A stretch of 64,000 nt of DNA from Methanobacteriota archaeon (GCA_018691345.1 JABGTJ010000039.1:33074-97073), one strand, 5' to 3'. Numbered from the stretch's first letter, positions 50,978 through 63,272 are shown. The notes: generated by a model not told the origin, from the letters alone. Translations and numbers: made by a program.

Positions 50978-53530
50978 TCAGACGTAACTCGCGAGATGAA
51001 TAACAATTGACTCATCTTGATGTTCAAACCAAAGCGTCGAAAGAGTAGAATCAGACGGTGCGAACTCAAACGAGTTCCAACCGTTGGAAAGAGAACTTAC
51101 TGAGCGTACGGTCGTCCATTGTTCGCCGTTACCTTGGTAATTAATCTGAATAGGTATGCTTTGGTTACTCGAACTATAGAATGAAAAGTTCGCACCTTCG
51201 GATTGTAAAAGAGTACCGTTGTAGGCTGCCATCCACATGTTCGACCACATCCGATGAGAGGTGTTGTATCTTTGGAAAATCAATTCTGGCCCTTCTTCGA
51301 CTGTAAAGTTGAATTTGGCCTCCACCGATAATTGAGGAGAACAAACATGCATGCTGGCACCGTCAGACATACGTACAGAAAGCGACTGATTCACGTCTTG
51401 AACAGCCGGGATGTTCGAGATTTTCCTAACATCCAAATCCCAAATCCATTCCCCTTCAGTCGGCGTTGAAGGGATTGAAAGAGCAGGATTCAGTGGGCAG
51501 AGGGCATCGACGGAACTGAGAATACCACTGGAATTGAGTTCAAAGCCCCAGCCAAGTTCTGCACCACTGGTGATGTTCCATCCATGAGAAGGCACTACTG
51601 CAATCAATGGCAGTTCTGGCATTCCACCATCAAATGTTTCGTTGTTCAATTGAATAGTATTCAGTTCGGATGTTCGAAGAACAACCGGGTCTAAGCCTCT
51701 CAAACAGAGATGTTCAGGGGCTGAATCGTATTGGGCTTCAAGGTTATTTTGACCTTCAATCCATTGTAAACGCGATTGTATGTCCAACGACTGGTCAGCA
51801 TAAGGAAAACTCACGTTAAGTTGTTCATCGGAGAACGAAACAAGTGAAATACAGCGCTTAAGTTCACCTTCTGAAAGCACCATTTCCCATGGTGAGTCGG
51901 GATAAATCAAGAGGTCAGGATGGACAGAGACGGGATGGCTGTCGTATTCATCGTCTGCTAACGTAAGGAGCGAGAAGTTTGTAAGTGAGGGTGAATGCTC
52001 CAAATCAGTCCACGTCAAGTTGAGGACAACGGTTGTTTGAGTACGAGGAGGTAAAACACTTCCACATCCAAAACCATTGATAGTCAAATCATCTTCTCCA
52101 TCGCATTCCCATACCTTTGCCCAGTTTTCAAGCCCTTCTGCGAACTGGTCGTAATCCACCGCCCAATCCCTATTCACTGATGACGGATTGACAACGTTTA
52201 GTGAAATCTTAGCGTTCCAACGCTCATCCACCTTTTCAGCGCCGAAAAGAGCGTTCATGTCAAACACGACATCAGCATTCCAGTCGTCGTCTCTTTCAAA
52301 CGGAACTTGACTCGGAAGAGCAAACAAGATCGCCACAAGCATCACGATTCCAATGTTTTTCATGGCCGACAAATCGAGACCTTTCGGTTCATTAAGAAGA
52401 ACAGGAGAAGTACGGTCTGCGCCCATGAAGAGCAGCAAAGGCAGAATGAGCGTCAGAACAAGAATCCAAATTGTGAAACCGTTAAACGCTTCGAACATCC
52501 AAGCAAAGGCAAGAATGAGGAAGAACAAAAACATTTGATTCGAACTGCTTCGAGCCTCCATATGTCCAGAACGAGCAACCATGATTCGACCACCAGGGAA
52601 CGTTGGTATTGGGAGTAAGGAAATCCAACCAAAGAAAGTGAGCAAAGCACCGGCCTTGACAAACGGATGCGACCAAATGAGTCGAGTGAGGTAATCATCA
52701 AGCAGCCACTGACCCAGAATTTCGATGAGGAAAGGACCCTGTGGTACATTCTGCGCCTGGGTAATCGCCACATAATCAGGCGTTAACCACAAGCCGATTC
52801 CCCAAAGTGCAAGACCAAAGGAAATGAGAGCAGCTGGTACTGAAATGGCAACCCATCCCAACACCTTGCGATCTTCCCAAAGTCGAGCATCCATTCGAGG
52901 CAATGTAGGAATGAGGAAGAGTCCAAAGGGCCAAATCAGTGCAGTTTGCGAAAATAAGCCTAGACTCCACAACGAAATCGTTGGTTCGGGAAGAGGAGTA
53001 ATATGACCAATACGGTGGTTGAAATGTGACGCAGTACGCTTTTGGATGAGTGAAGCAAGAAATAATGACCCGAGTACAGGAAGGGTATACCCCACCAGTA
53101 CGTCCCAAAAAACCGAGTCAAAAAACCAGCCACCTTCTGGCCGAGAGCCTTCCATCCAGTACGCACCTGCAAGCGTCAGCGTGAGTGCAGATACCGACCA
53201 CATGATGAGAGTTAGACTTGAAGAAGGGAACGATCGTTCGGGTAGTGGAATCATTTGAATAATCCATTCATCGGAACGTGAGAGTTTAGCCGCCCACCCG
53301 AGTTTTTTGAAGTATTTATTTGCTTCAGCAAGCGATTCATCGATGTCTTTACCTTCTTTTGGAGAAACGACCCACGTCGGTAAAAAACCACCCGACATGT
53401 GTGAAGCGACGTAGAAATACCGACGTAAAACAGTTGCCAGAAGATCGTGTTGTTTCCAATCTTTACGGTGACTGACCATCGATTCAAGTGATGAATCTTT
53501 AGAAGTCAAGTCATCCGTATCACTTGGCAT
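50978..53530 (-). CDS. Polytopic membrane protein with a large N-glycosylation-sequon-rich extracellular C-terminal domain
   Basis: A ~100-aa soluble N-terminus is followed by at least 10 predicted TM helices, then a ~450-aa C-terminal domain with many N-x-S/T sequons (NLTWT, NFSLL, NVSFP, NITSG, NFTVE, NGTLL, NFSFY). No protease HEXXH motif was found. Confidence 0.5.
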   Translation of the reverse strand: MPSDTDDLTSKDSSLESMVSHRKDWKQHDLLATVLRRYFYVASHMSGGFLPTWVVSPKEGKDIDESLAEANKYFKKLGWAAKLSRSDEWIIQMIPLPERSFPSSSLTLIMWSVSALTLTLAGAYWMEGSRPEGGWFFDSVFWDVLVGYTLPVLGSLFLASLIQKRTASHFNHRIGHITPLPEPTISLWSLGLFSQTALIWPFGLFLIPTLPRMDARLWEDRKVLGWVAISVPAALISFGLALWGIGLWLTPDYVAITQAQNVPQGPFLIEILGQWLLDDYLTRLIWSHPFVKAGALLTFFGWISLLPIPTFPGGRIMVARSGHMEARSSSNQMFLFFLILAFAWMFEAFNGFTIWILVLTLILPLLLFMGADRTSPVLLNEPKGLDLSAMKNIGIVMLVAILFALPSQVPFERDDDWNADVVFDMNALFGAEKVDERWNAKISLNVVNPSSVNRDWAVDYDQFAEGLENWAKVWECDGEDDLTINGFGCGSVLPPRTQTTVVLNLTWTDLEHSPSLTNFSLLTLADDEYDSHPVSVHPDLLIYPDSPWEMVLSEGELKRCISLVSFSDEQLNVSFPYADQSLDIQSRLQWIEGQNNLEAQYDSAPEHLCLRGLDPVVLRTSELNTIQLNNETFDGGMPELPLIAVVPSHGWNITSGAELGWGFELNSSGILSSVDALCPLNPALSIPSTPTEGEWIWDLDVRKISNIPAVQDVNQSLSVRMSDGASMHVCSPQLSVEAKFNFTVEEGPELIFQRYNTSHRMWSNMWMAAYNGTLLQSEGANFSFYSSSNQSIPIQINYQGNGEQWTTVRSVSSLSNGWNSFEFAPSDSTLSTLWFEHQDESIVIHLASYV

Positions 53531-53604
53531 ACTTTCTCCTCAACCCTTTGTAATCCTGCTTCCCCTTTGAAGGAATCCCTCAGCCTGCTCGGCAAGAGAA
53601 AAAA

Positions 53605-54228
53605 TCACTTGTTCTTGAAACGCTTGAGACGGAAGGTTTCTTCACGTTCCATCTCTTCAAGTCGAAGTTGGATAAACACTCGTGCTTCTTCCAATTCTGG
53701 AATGACTTTGTATTCCAAAGCGTTGACACGTCGCTTCGTTGCTTCAATCTCTTGCAAGAGGCGCTTGAGTGTGGCTTCCATTTCTGATGCCTTGACAATC
53801 TTTTCAATGAGGTTGCCAAATGACTCACCCGCTTCGTCGATGTAAGGTGATGAACCAATAAATCCGACACCACGTTCTTTGAATGTGGATTTGAGGTTTG
53901 TACCGCTTACGCTTGGAACGACGACACCCATAATGTTGCGGCGCTCGACTTCAACTTCAGGATGACCGGTGTTTGCAATAGCTGCCGCACGTACAGCAAG
54001 ACCGCCCTCGATTGCGTTTGCAAGGTCGATACGCTGCTTAGCCATACGGTAAGTAGCGGTCAAGTCTCGCTTTGCTTCAATCATGTCTGAGAGCAATGAA
54101 CGGAATTCGTGGAACAAACCGTCACGCTTCATTTTCAACAATTTGTAACCGTTTCTGGTTTGCTTAATTCGCCCTTTGAGTTTAATCAACTCACTGCGGG
54201 TTGGTTTGATGTCGAGTGCCATGTTCAT
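53605..54228 (-). CDS. atpD: A-type ATP synthase subunit D
   Basis: 207 aa starting MALDIKPTRSELIKLKGRIKQTRNGYKLLKMKRDGL.., the canonical subunit D rotor stalk. It is the last gene of the operon. Confidence 0.85.
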   Translation of the reverse strand: MNMALDIKPTRSELIKLKGRIKQTRNGYKLLKMKRDGLFHEFRSLLSDMIEAKRDLTATYRMAKQRIDLANAIEGGLAVRAAAIANTGHPEVEVERRNIMGVVVPSVSGTNLKSTFKERGVGFIGSSPYIDEAGESFGNLIEKIVKASEMEATLKRLLQEIEATKRRVNALEYKVIPELEEARVFIQLRLEEMEREETFRLKRFKNK

Positions 54229-54258
54229 TCACCTCCTTTTCAGTTTTGACGAAGTTGT

Positions 54259-55638
54259 TCAAGCTCGGTTGTCTGGGTGGTACTTGTCAATCCACTTCTG
54301 ATCAAGACGGACCAGGTACTTTGTGTCGATTGCAGACATGAGGTTCCAGCACAGGTCGAGGGTTTCTTCGATCGAACGGTCTTCATCACGGGTTTGGCGA
54401 AGGAACTTGTCTTCGAAAACTCCAGAGAAATCAAGCAGTTGCTTGTCTCGCTCGTTCAATGCATCTTCACCGACAATGGCGACAAGTCCACGAAGTTCAC
54501 GGCCTTGTGCATACGCAGCGTACATTTGGTCAGAAACCGATTTGTGGTCTTCACGGGTGGTTTTCTCACCAATACATGACCCCATCAATCGAGAGAGGGA
54601 TGGTAGAACGTTGATCGGCGGATAGATACCTTGTTGGTGCAATTCACGTGAAATAACGATTTGTCCTTCAGTAATGTATCCGGACAAGTCAGGAATTGGG
54701 TGTGTTATATCGTCACCAGGCATGGTAAGAATCGGGAATTGAGTGATTGAACCCTTCTTGTTCTTGATAATTCCAGCACGTTCGTAGAGCATTGCCAAAT
54801 CTGTGTACATGTAACCTGGGTAACCACGTCGTCCGGGAACTTCTTCACGAGCAGCACCGATTTGTCGCAGAGCGTCACAATAGTTGGTCATGTCTGTGTA
54901 GATGACCAGAACGTGGTAATCCTTCTCGAAAGCGAGGTATTCAGCAGCAGTCAGTGCGAGACGAGGCGTAATGATACGCTCGACAGCAGGGTCGTCAGCA
55001 AGGTTAACGAACAAAACCGCATTCTCAAGAGCACCGGTTCGCTCCAAATCGGAACGGAAGAAATTGTATTCTTCAGCGGTAATTCCCATTGCACAGAACA
55101 CAACAATAAATTCTTCATCAGAATCCTTGAGTTTTGCTTGACGAGCAATCTGCAGAGCAATGTCGTTGTGAGGGAGACCAGACGCTGAGAAAATTGGAAG
55201 CTTCTGTCCACGGACAAGACTTGTACAAAGGTCGATTGCAGAAACACCGGTTTGGATGAAATCGTTTGGACTCTGTCGGCTGTAGGGGTTGATAGCAGCA
55301 CCAATAATGTCAGCCTTCTCTTCAGCAACAATCTCAGGCCCGCCGTCACGAGGACGTCCAGCACCATCGAGAATTCGACCGACCAGGTCGGTACTCACAG
55401 GGAGTTTGAAAACATCGCCCATGAATGTGACACCGGATTCTCGGTCAATCTTTGCAGTTCCTTCGAAAACTTGGACGATAACCAAATCGTCAGAGGTATC
55501 GAGAACTTGCCCGTTCTTGATGGTTCCATTGGAGAGTCGTAGGGTTACGATTTCACCAAAGGCAACAGGTTCAGTTTTGTTCAAAAAGACCAGAGGTCCT
55601 TTCACGTCAGTAATGGTTCGGTATTCTTTTCCAGTCAT
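54259..55638 (-). CDS. atpB: A-type ATP synthase subunit B
   Basis: 459 aa starting [18 protein letters not shown].., the non-catalytic A1 subunit. Confidence 0.9.
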   Translation of the reverse strand: MTGKEYRTITDVKGPLVFLNKTEPVAFGEIVTLRLSNGTIKNGQVLDTSDDLVIVQVFEGTAKIDRESGVTFMGDVFKLPVSTDLVGRILDGAGRPRDGGPEIVAEEKADIIGAAINPYSRQSPNDFIQTGVSAIDLCTSLVRGQKLPIFSASGLPHNDIALQIARQAKLKDSDEEFIVVFCAMGITAEEYNFFRSDLERTGALENAVLFVNLADDPAVERIITPRLALTAAEYLAFEKDYHVLVIYTDMTNYCDALRQIGAAREEVPGRRGYPGYMYTDLAMLYERAGIIKNKKGSITQFPILTMPGDDITHPIPDLSGYITEGQIVISRELHQQGIYPPINVLPSLSRLMGSCIGEKTTREDHKSVSDQMYAAYAQGRELRGLVAIVGEDALNERDKQLLDFSGVFEDKFLRQTRDEDRSIEETLDLCWNLMSAIDTKYLVRLDQKWIDKYHPDNRA

Positions 55639-55651
55639 GATATTCCTCTCC

Positions 55652-57406
<1,755 letters not shown>

Positions 57407-57419
57407 TTGGTTTGGAATC

Positions 57420-57719
57420 TTACTTCCACAGGTCGACTCCTATTGCCTTGCGAATTGTGTCACGCAAGGTGGTGTCTTCTTCCGTACCGATGCCAAGAAC
57501 GGTAGGAGAGACGGATGCCGAGAGTTGGTCACGAAGACGCTCTGGCAGCGTTGATAGGATTGTGGAGTCGACCACAACAATCCCAACGCTCTTTGAATTG
57601 AGTAGAGATTTGAAGACGGAGATCATTGCCTCTTCGCCTTCGGGGTTAAACAGGGTGTCAATACCAGCAAGTTGGAACCCAAGGGTGAATTCCGGTGTTC
57701 CTACGATTGCGATATCCAT
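57420..57719 (-). CDS. atpF: A-type ATP synthase subunit F
   Basis: 99 aa starting [20 protein letters not shown]... Confidence 0.8.
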   Translation of the reverse strand: MDIAIVGTPEFTLGFQLAGIDTLFNPEGEEAMISVFKSLLNSKSVGIVVVDSTILSTLPERLRDQLSASVSPTVLGIGTEEDTTLRDTIRKAIGVDLWK

Positions 57720-57729
57720 TCATTTCACC

Positions 57730-58776
57730 TCACAGTATGTGTGCCTCGATGACTTCGTTCGATAGGCCAGCCAAGCGACCACGGACAATAAAGCGTAAGT
57801 CGTTCACTTCTTGGACCTTCATGGCCACATAATGAATAACTGGTAGTGCAGAGACTGGGTGGAGATAGCTCATGCGCTTCATGATGTTATGTTCGCGTTC
57901 TTTGAACCAAGTAACGACCGGGTCAAGACTGTTCATTTCTTTCGATTGTGAAAGGACTGCTTCGAATGCTGGGAAATCAAAACGGTTTGAGCCACGTAGT
58001 AGATCCATAGCAGCATCACTGCCACCAGCCGCAATCGAAGAGAATGCTCGTGTAGGAATTAATCGTCCGCCTGGAATCAACAAAGGCACTACATCTTCAG
58101 TTGAGATACCAACATGTTGAGCCTCCAGTATATTCATGAGATTTCGGTGATCGATTTCAGCACCAATCAGTTCCTTGAGGAAGCGATTAACAGCGCCTTT
58201 TCCTTCAATAGACTTCAAAGCGTGCTTGAAATAATGACGATCAAGAGCATCTTCATAGTCACTTAATCGACCATCTTCGGAAACGTTGTTCAAGTCAGAA
58301 CCAAAGGATTTGCGACGCATCTGAACGACTGCAGAACGCAAATCATCTGCGTTTTCGATAATTTTCAACCACGGGGTGTTGATGTCATTTAATTCAGGAA
58401 GAATTGAATGAGCAACTTTTTCCAACTCAACTTCGTTGACCACAGATCGTAGGACCACTTTTGCATTGTAGTACTCGAACCTCGAAGTATATGTCTCGAC
58501 AATACCACGGATTTTACCGTTGCAAAGTGAAAGCATCTTCTCAAGTTCATGCTCTAAATTGTGGGTTAATGCCGCTTCAACCAAATCGCCGCCTTTCATT
58601 TGACCTGCGTACAAGTCAATTTCTGCACGGTAACCGATTTCTCCGACTGCAACAGTCAGTTGTTCGGGTGATTGGCTGATAAGTTGGCGTAGCCTGGCAC
58701 GGTCCGCAAGTTTCTGCCGACGTGATTTAGCACGGGCAGCAACATAAGGTGTGTTTCCAAGCATTACCATCATCAT
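57730..58776 (-). CDS. atpC: A-type ATP synthase subunit C
   Basis: 348 aa, helical, in the operon position between E and F. Confidence 0.75.
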   Translation of the reverse strand: MMMVMLGNTPYVAARAKSRRQKLADRARLRQLISQSPEQLTVAVGEIGYRAEIDLYAGQMKGGDLVEAALTHNLEHELEKMLSLCNGKIRGIVETYTSRFEYYNAKVVLRSVVNEVELEKVAHSILPELNDINTPWLKIIENADDLRSAVVQMRRKSFGSDLNNVSEDGRLSDYEDALDRHYFKHALKSIEGKGAVNRFLKELIGAEIDHRNLMNILEAQHVGISTEDVVPLLIPGGRLIPTRAFSSIAAGGSDAAMDLLRGSNRFDFPAFEAVLSQSKEMNSLDPVVTWFKEREHNIMKRMSYLHPVSALPVIHYVAMKVQEVNDLRFIVRGRLAGLSNEVIEAHIL

Positions 58777-58779
58777 CCC

Positions 58780-59343
58780 TCAGTCAAAAAGTATTGAATT
58801 AATTTCAGCGAGTTGGGCGTTCCAAGAAGCTTCAAGGAGCGTATCAAAGCGCATGTCGTACGATACCGAACCATCTGGTGATTCGAGAACAAAGCCACCA
58901 AGTCCGTCTATGGCGTCACTAACCTTTCGCTTCCCAGCAAGTTCTGAGAGTGCTTTACGGTCAATTTCGACTGGACGGATTGAGTAGTCATCGCCACCAA
59001 TCTTGTCAGCTTTTGCTATCAAGGATTTGAGCAAACTTGCTCGTCCTGAGAGTTTGGGGCTTCCAAGTGTATCGCTGGCCGATTGCAGGGTCTCATCGAG
59101 AACCTTACGTCGAGCAACGAGTATTTCTTTTTGGTTCGCTTGGCGAGCGCTAGCAACGACTTCACGGGCAATTTGACTTGCTTCACGTTCAGTACGAGTA
59201 GATGCTTCCGAGCGAATGGCGTCAGACTTCGAGTTTGCTTCAGCAAGTATTGCTTTTGCTTCCTCATTAGCTGCTTTGACCATAGCCGAGGCTTCAGCCT
59301 CAGCAGATTTTGCGATATCCTTTGCGAGTGTTTCAAGCGTCAT
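58780..59343 (-). CDS. atpE: A-type ATP synthase subunit E
   Basis: 187 aa, coiled-coil N-terminus, in the operon position. Confidence 0.75.
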   Translation of the reverse strand: MTLETLAKDIAKSAEAEASAMVKAANEEAKAILAEANSKSDAIRSEASTRTEREASQIAREVVASARQANQKEILVARRKVLDETLQSASDTLGSPKLSGRASLLKSLIAKADKIGGDDYSIRPVEIDRKALSELAGKRKVSDAIDGLGGFVLESPDGSVSYDMRFDTLLEASWNAQLAEINSILFD

Positions 59344-59406
59344 ATGTATTCCTCTTTGTTATAATTTTTCACTTACTGGGTTTCCCCAGAACAGATGCCT
59401 TCTCCC

Positions 59407-59730
59407 TCACAGGAAAAGTGGCAAAGCACCGAGAATCACGATGGATTCCGGCAACGCAGTGAAAATAAGTGCAACACCGAATTTGCTTCCGTCTTCAGCA
59501 AGCATGCCGACAGCTGCGCTGCCAATGGCTGCTTGAGAAAGACCTGCACCAATTGCTGCAAGTCCTAGGGCAATTCCAGCACCGATAGCAGAGTAGCCCG
59601 ATCCGTCGGATTGGGTGAATTCTGCTGTTTCTTTTTCGGTCAATTCTGCTGTGACACCTTGAGCAACCATGGTGATGGCTGCCAAAAGGATCAATGTTCT
59701 TAGGCTCATTTTTAGGGTATTTACGTTCAT
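59407..59730 (-). CDS. atpK: A-type ATP synthase proteolipid subunit K (c-ring) with an N-terminal signal-peptide-like extension
   Basis: The C-terminal hairpin is GAGIALGLAAIGAGLSQAAIGSAAVGMLAEDGSKFGVALIFTALPESIVILGALPLFL, with the ion-binding Glu in PESIV. The N-terminal ~35 aa (MSLRTLILLAAITMVAQGVTAELTEKETAEF) are extra. Confidence 0.8.
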   Translation of the reverse strand: MNVNTLKMSLRTLILLAAITMVAQGVTAELTEKETAEFTQSDGSGYSAIGAGIALGLAAIGAGLSQAAIGSAAVGMLAEDGSKFGVALIFTALPESIVILGALPLFL

Positions 59731-59760
59731 ATTTACTACCTCCGTTTTTTGTCCGTTGGA

Positions 59761-62109
59761 CTATGATTTATTCTCCACATGGAGATTACGGCCACCGAGC
59801 GGTGCAAAGGCACGGCCGGACCCGTCGTAGAATTTGCCCATCCATTCCACAAAGTGGAGACGGGCAGCGTGAATCGTTGGGGAAAGGATTCCCAGTGCTA
59901 TAGCGAAAACTTGAATGAAGAGGAACAAGACCAGGCAGAGCAGTCCAACAAGAATACCAAAAATTCCACCGCTTGTGAATGCGTCAACCATAGGCTCGAA
60001 GCCCATGGTGATGGACACTTCTGCGATTTTGACGCCGGCAACACCGACAGCCATGATGCGCAGATAAGAGAGTGTGTTTGCGAGAAGACCGAATGTTTCG
60101 ATAGGACCCATGATAAGGCCACCAGCCCATCCGAACTTCTCGAAGATGGCCAAACCGATGATAAGGCTGATGATGCCAACAATCAGCATGACCGTCCAGA
60201 TTTGGAAGTCGAACAGATCATTGTAACCGGAAACCATGTTTCGGCACTGCATGAATCCTCCAATGAGGATGAGGAGCCAAGAGCCCTTTTCGAAGTACGC
60301 TGCTGCAGCTCCATGTGCTTTGTAGACGTTGATGAGCCCAAGCATGTAACCAATGAAGATGTGAATCGCACCAAGGTAGATGGAGAGTATAACGTATTCT
60401 TGCAATCCATGGCCTGCCTCTGCTCTGTGGAAAGGCATGTGGAGTCCGCCGAGATTGAGTAAGTCCGCCAAAGTCGATGGGACATGGACGTTAGCATAGG
60501 TCCATTCATAGAATCCATTGAAAGGTGAATCGGCACCCATTTGTCCGGTTTTATCCCAAACGAAGCCAAAGCCTTCAGCAAATATAATCCCCCAAATGAT
60601 ACACCAGACGCCCATCCAGCGAAGAATAGTAAGTCCTTTTTGCGCCATAGGGTCAACTGCAAATGCTTTGCTACCGAGCCAGGCAGCCAAGAGGAGAAGA
60701 ACAATTCCATATCCCCAGTCTCCCAAAATCATTCCGTAGATGAATGGGAAAGTCATCATGATGAGTGTTGTTGGGTCGAAAGTACCGTACTTTGGACGTC
60801 CCACCAAGTCAACCATCAGTTCAAACGGTTCAGAAGTCGAACTGTTCGTGTATTCAATAGGAGGCTCGACATCGTGGCTTCCGTCGTCATGCGAAGGAGC
60901 ATTACGAATGCGAGTCAAAGTAATGTCAAGTTCTGGAAGATTGATTTTCCCATCACCATCGAGGTCAACAGCTGCAACGAGTTTACCCATTTCCCAAGGC
61001 GGGAGATTGGCAATATTGGCGTTCTTGAGTGCTGTTTGGAACTCATAACAGTCGATAAGACCGGATTCATCCAAGTCGATGGCGTTGAAGAATTGGAAAA
61101 CAGTCTGATTTGATTTGTTCAGGTAGTTCGAGAGCATCAAGAGTTCTTCGGGGTCGGAAGAGCCGTGATCTTCGTGTTCGCCGTGATCGTGATGTCCACC
61201 TTCGTACGCCTCAACCGATACGTGAGATGCAACCTTTGACAATTCTGCCTCTACCATGCTCGCTTGGTCTGTTGGGACCCATCCATCTAGAGCAAAGGCT
61301 TGGTTGCTGACTGCAACCAATGTTGGCGCCGTAAAGACGGCAGCCTCACGGTTAAGGTATTCTTTTGCAGCGACTAGGTTTCGACCGTTTCGAAGTGTCC
61401 AGGCATCAAGTGCGGACTGTGTGTCGGTGATTTTTGATTCAAGGAGAGCGATTTCTGAAAGGAGTTTTTTTGATTTTTCAGCAGGTGAGCCCTCTCCCGC
61501 AGGAATTTGGACAGGTTTCGAGCCCAACTCTGCCATGCAGATTTGAACTTCAGCGGAGTGTTCTGAGCGGCATGCAACTGCAACGAGTCCGCCGGCAGCA
61601 TGCAGTTCAATCTCACTAAGAATGTCTGCAAAAACTTCCTTTGCCTTCGAAAAACGACGAGTTTCGCCTACGAATACTTCGAGACCTTCGTATCCTGCCA
61701 TCAATTCGAGAGGTATGTCTAATGGAGCAAGTCGATTCAAAACTTGGAATTGCTCTTCAGAGGATGAAATCGTGGCCTCAGCATCACGGATGGTATCGAT
61801 GTATTCGAGAGCTGCCGTGATTTTCTCTTCAAAGCCAACAATCATCTTGGAGGCTTCTTTGTGAGACATTGGCCCATCGGAATTAACTGCCAGTACGGCT
61901 GAAGAGACTGCTTGTACCTTGACCAGTAGGCTGCTGATGGCGTTGGCTTCATCAGAACTCATTGAAGAACCGACGCCAATGCCGTCTTCGAATCGCCCAT
62001 ACTCTTCGATATGGACGCACGAAAGGTCAGTGCAAAGACGGAGAATTTCTTCTAACTTTTCAACAGGAGCCGCTACTGTGAGACGGGACATGTCGGAAGT
62101 AGCAAACAT
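59761..62109 (-). CDS. atpI: A-type ATP synthase subunit I (stator a-subunit), carrying an inserted His-rich and double EF-hand module
   Basis: 782 aa. It has the N-terminal cytoplasmic domain and a C-terminal 7-8 TM domain with the conserved Arg (LSYLRIMAVGVAG). An insertion at residues ~305-430 (nt ~60822-61197) reads GGHHDHGEHEDHG ... AIDLDESGLIDCYEF ... AVDLDGDGKINLPEL. Confidence 0.85.
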   Translation of the reverse strand: MFATSDMSRLTVAAPVEKLEEILRLCTDLSCVHIEEYGRFEDGIGVGSSMSSDEANAISSLLVKVQAVSSAVLAVNSDGPMSHKEASKMIVGFEEKITAALEYIDTIRDAEATISSSEEQFQVLNRLAPLDIPLELMAGYEGLEVFVGETRRFSKAKEVFADILSEIELHAAGGLVAVACRSEHSAEVQICMAELGSKPVQIPAGEGSPAEKSKKLLSEIALLESKITDTQSALDAWTLRNGRNLVAAKEYLNREAAVFTAPTLVAVSNQAFALDGWVPTDQASMVEAELSKVASHVSVEAYEGGHHDHGEHEDHGSSDPEELLMLSNYLNKSNQTVFQFFNAIDLDESGLIDCYEFQTALKNANIANLPPWEMGKLVAAVDLDGDGKINLPELDITLTRIRNAPSHDDGSHDVEPPIEYTNSSTSEPFELMVDLVGRPKYGTFDPTTLIMMTFPFIYGMILGDWGYGIVLLLLAAWLGSKAFAVDPMAQKGLTILRWMGVWCIIWGIIFAEGFGFVWDKTGQMGADSPFNGFYEWTYANVHVPSTLADLLNLGGLHMPFHRAEAGHGLQEYVILSIYLGAIHIFIGYMLGLINVYKAHGAAAAYFEKGSWLLILIGGFMQCRNMVSGYNDLFDFQIWTVMLIVGIISLIIGLAIFEKFGWAGGLIMGPIETFGLLANTLSYLRIMAVGVAGVKIAEVSITMGFEPMVDAFTSGGIFGILVGLLCLVLFLFIQVFAIALGILSPTIHAARLHFVEWMGKFYDGSGRAFAPLGGRNLHVENKS

Positions 62110-62119
62110 TGGGAACGCC

Positions 62120-62446
62120 TCACTGTGAAGTTACTGAATCAAGAAGACTCTTGACTGCTTTTTCTTTTCGACTGGATGCAGACGATTCGATATTTTCGAC
62201 GATCGATGCGCCATCTTTGAGGACTGCATCTGCTTCTTTACCTGCTTTCGAGCGTGCTGCATCGAGCGTAGCCTGAGTTTCGCTTACTGAATCTTCAGTA
62301 GCGCCGGTAACAAGTGCTGCAGCCTCACGACGGGCATCGGCAGTGATTTTGTTGGACTCTGTTTGAGCGGAAGAAAGTCGCTTTTCAGCAGACTGCTCAG
62401 CCTCTTTGATTTTTCGGAGGACATCTTTCATACCCAAGTAAATCAC
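62120..62446 (-). CDS. atpH: A-type ATP synthase subunit H
   Basis: 108 aa, helical, charged. It is the first gene of the H-I-K-E-C-F-A-B-D operon. Confidence 0.65.
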   Translation of the reverse strand: MIYLGMKDVLRKIKEAEQSAEKRLSSAQTESNKITADARREAAALVTGATEDSVSETQATLDAARSKAGKEADAVLKDGASIVENIESSASSRKEKAVKSLLDSVTSQ

Positions 62447-62522
62447 CAGTGTTCCGCCGAATGGAAAGAGGTTTATGAGGCTAATGGGCGTTAAGAATGG
62501 AGTTTTCGAAGCAGGAACCCCT

Positions 62523-63272
62523 TTATTCCATCTTTGGTTTTGTTGCCCTAAAGCGTGTTGACATCATAAATGGAAGCAAAAGTCGACCCTGAACGTCATC
62601 GAATCCAACATCCTTCATCATGGAGCGATAGTAACCGTTCGTACCGTACTGAGTGTATGTGTTCGCAAGGCCTTTCCATGGATGGTTTTTCTCCTTGGTA
62701 ACGTACCTTGCAATCCATTGAACTACGGTTGCCATCCAAATCCGGCCACCAAGGCCATGGAACCAATTGGCTTTTCCAGCATCGCAAATTACCAAGCGTC
62801 CGCCGGGTTTTAGAACGCGATAAATCTCACTCAATCCCTTTTTTTTGTCCTGGAAATCACGGAAAGAAAACAGGCAGAACACCATATCGAATGTGTTGTC
62901 GTCCAATGGGATTGATTCTGCAATAGCTTCGACGTATTGAGCGGGAGACTCGCCGCGCGACTCGCGAGCGGAATCGACGCGATTTTTCGCTACCTTGAGC
63001 ATCTCTGCAGATGGATCGAGGCATGTCACATCGAGTCCGACAAGGTCTTCGGCAAAAGATCCTGGACCACATCCGACTTCGAGAATTTTCATTCCTGGAG
63101 AGGCGTGGTTTCGAACATTGCGCCTCCATCTTTTGTCTTGCCCGAAGGTCATTAACCGATTCACTCGGTCGTAATTCGGAATTGTTTCCTCGAGTTGTAA
63201 CTCGAGTTGTTCCCATGCATCGATATCGATGCCGGAAGGATCGTAACCACCTGTTGCTGAACGGTCGCCCAT
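62523..63272 (-). CDS. UbiE/MenG-family (demethylmenaquinone/ubiquinone) SAM-dependent methyltransferase
   Basis: Has the YDRVNRLMTFGQDKRWR signature and the SAM motif I ILEVGCGPGSF. Confidence 0.7.
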   Translation of the reverse strand: MGDRSATGGYDPSGIDIDAWEQLELQLEETIPNYDRVNRLMTFGQDKRWRRNVRNHASPGMKILEVGCGPGSFAEDLVGLDVTCLDPSAEMLKVAKNRVDSARESRGESPAQYVEAIAESIPLDDNTFDMVFCLFSFRDFQDKKKGLSEIYRVLKPGGRLVICDAGKANWFHGLGGRIWMATVVQWIARYVTKEKNHPWKGLANTYTQYGTNGYYRSMMKDVGFDDVQGRLLLPFMMSTRFRATKPKME

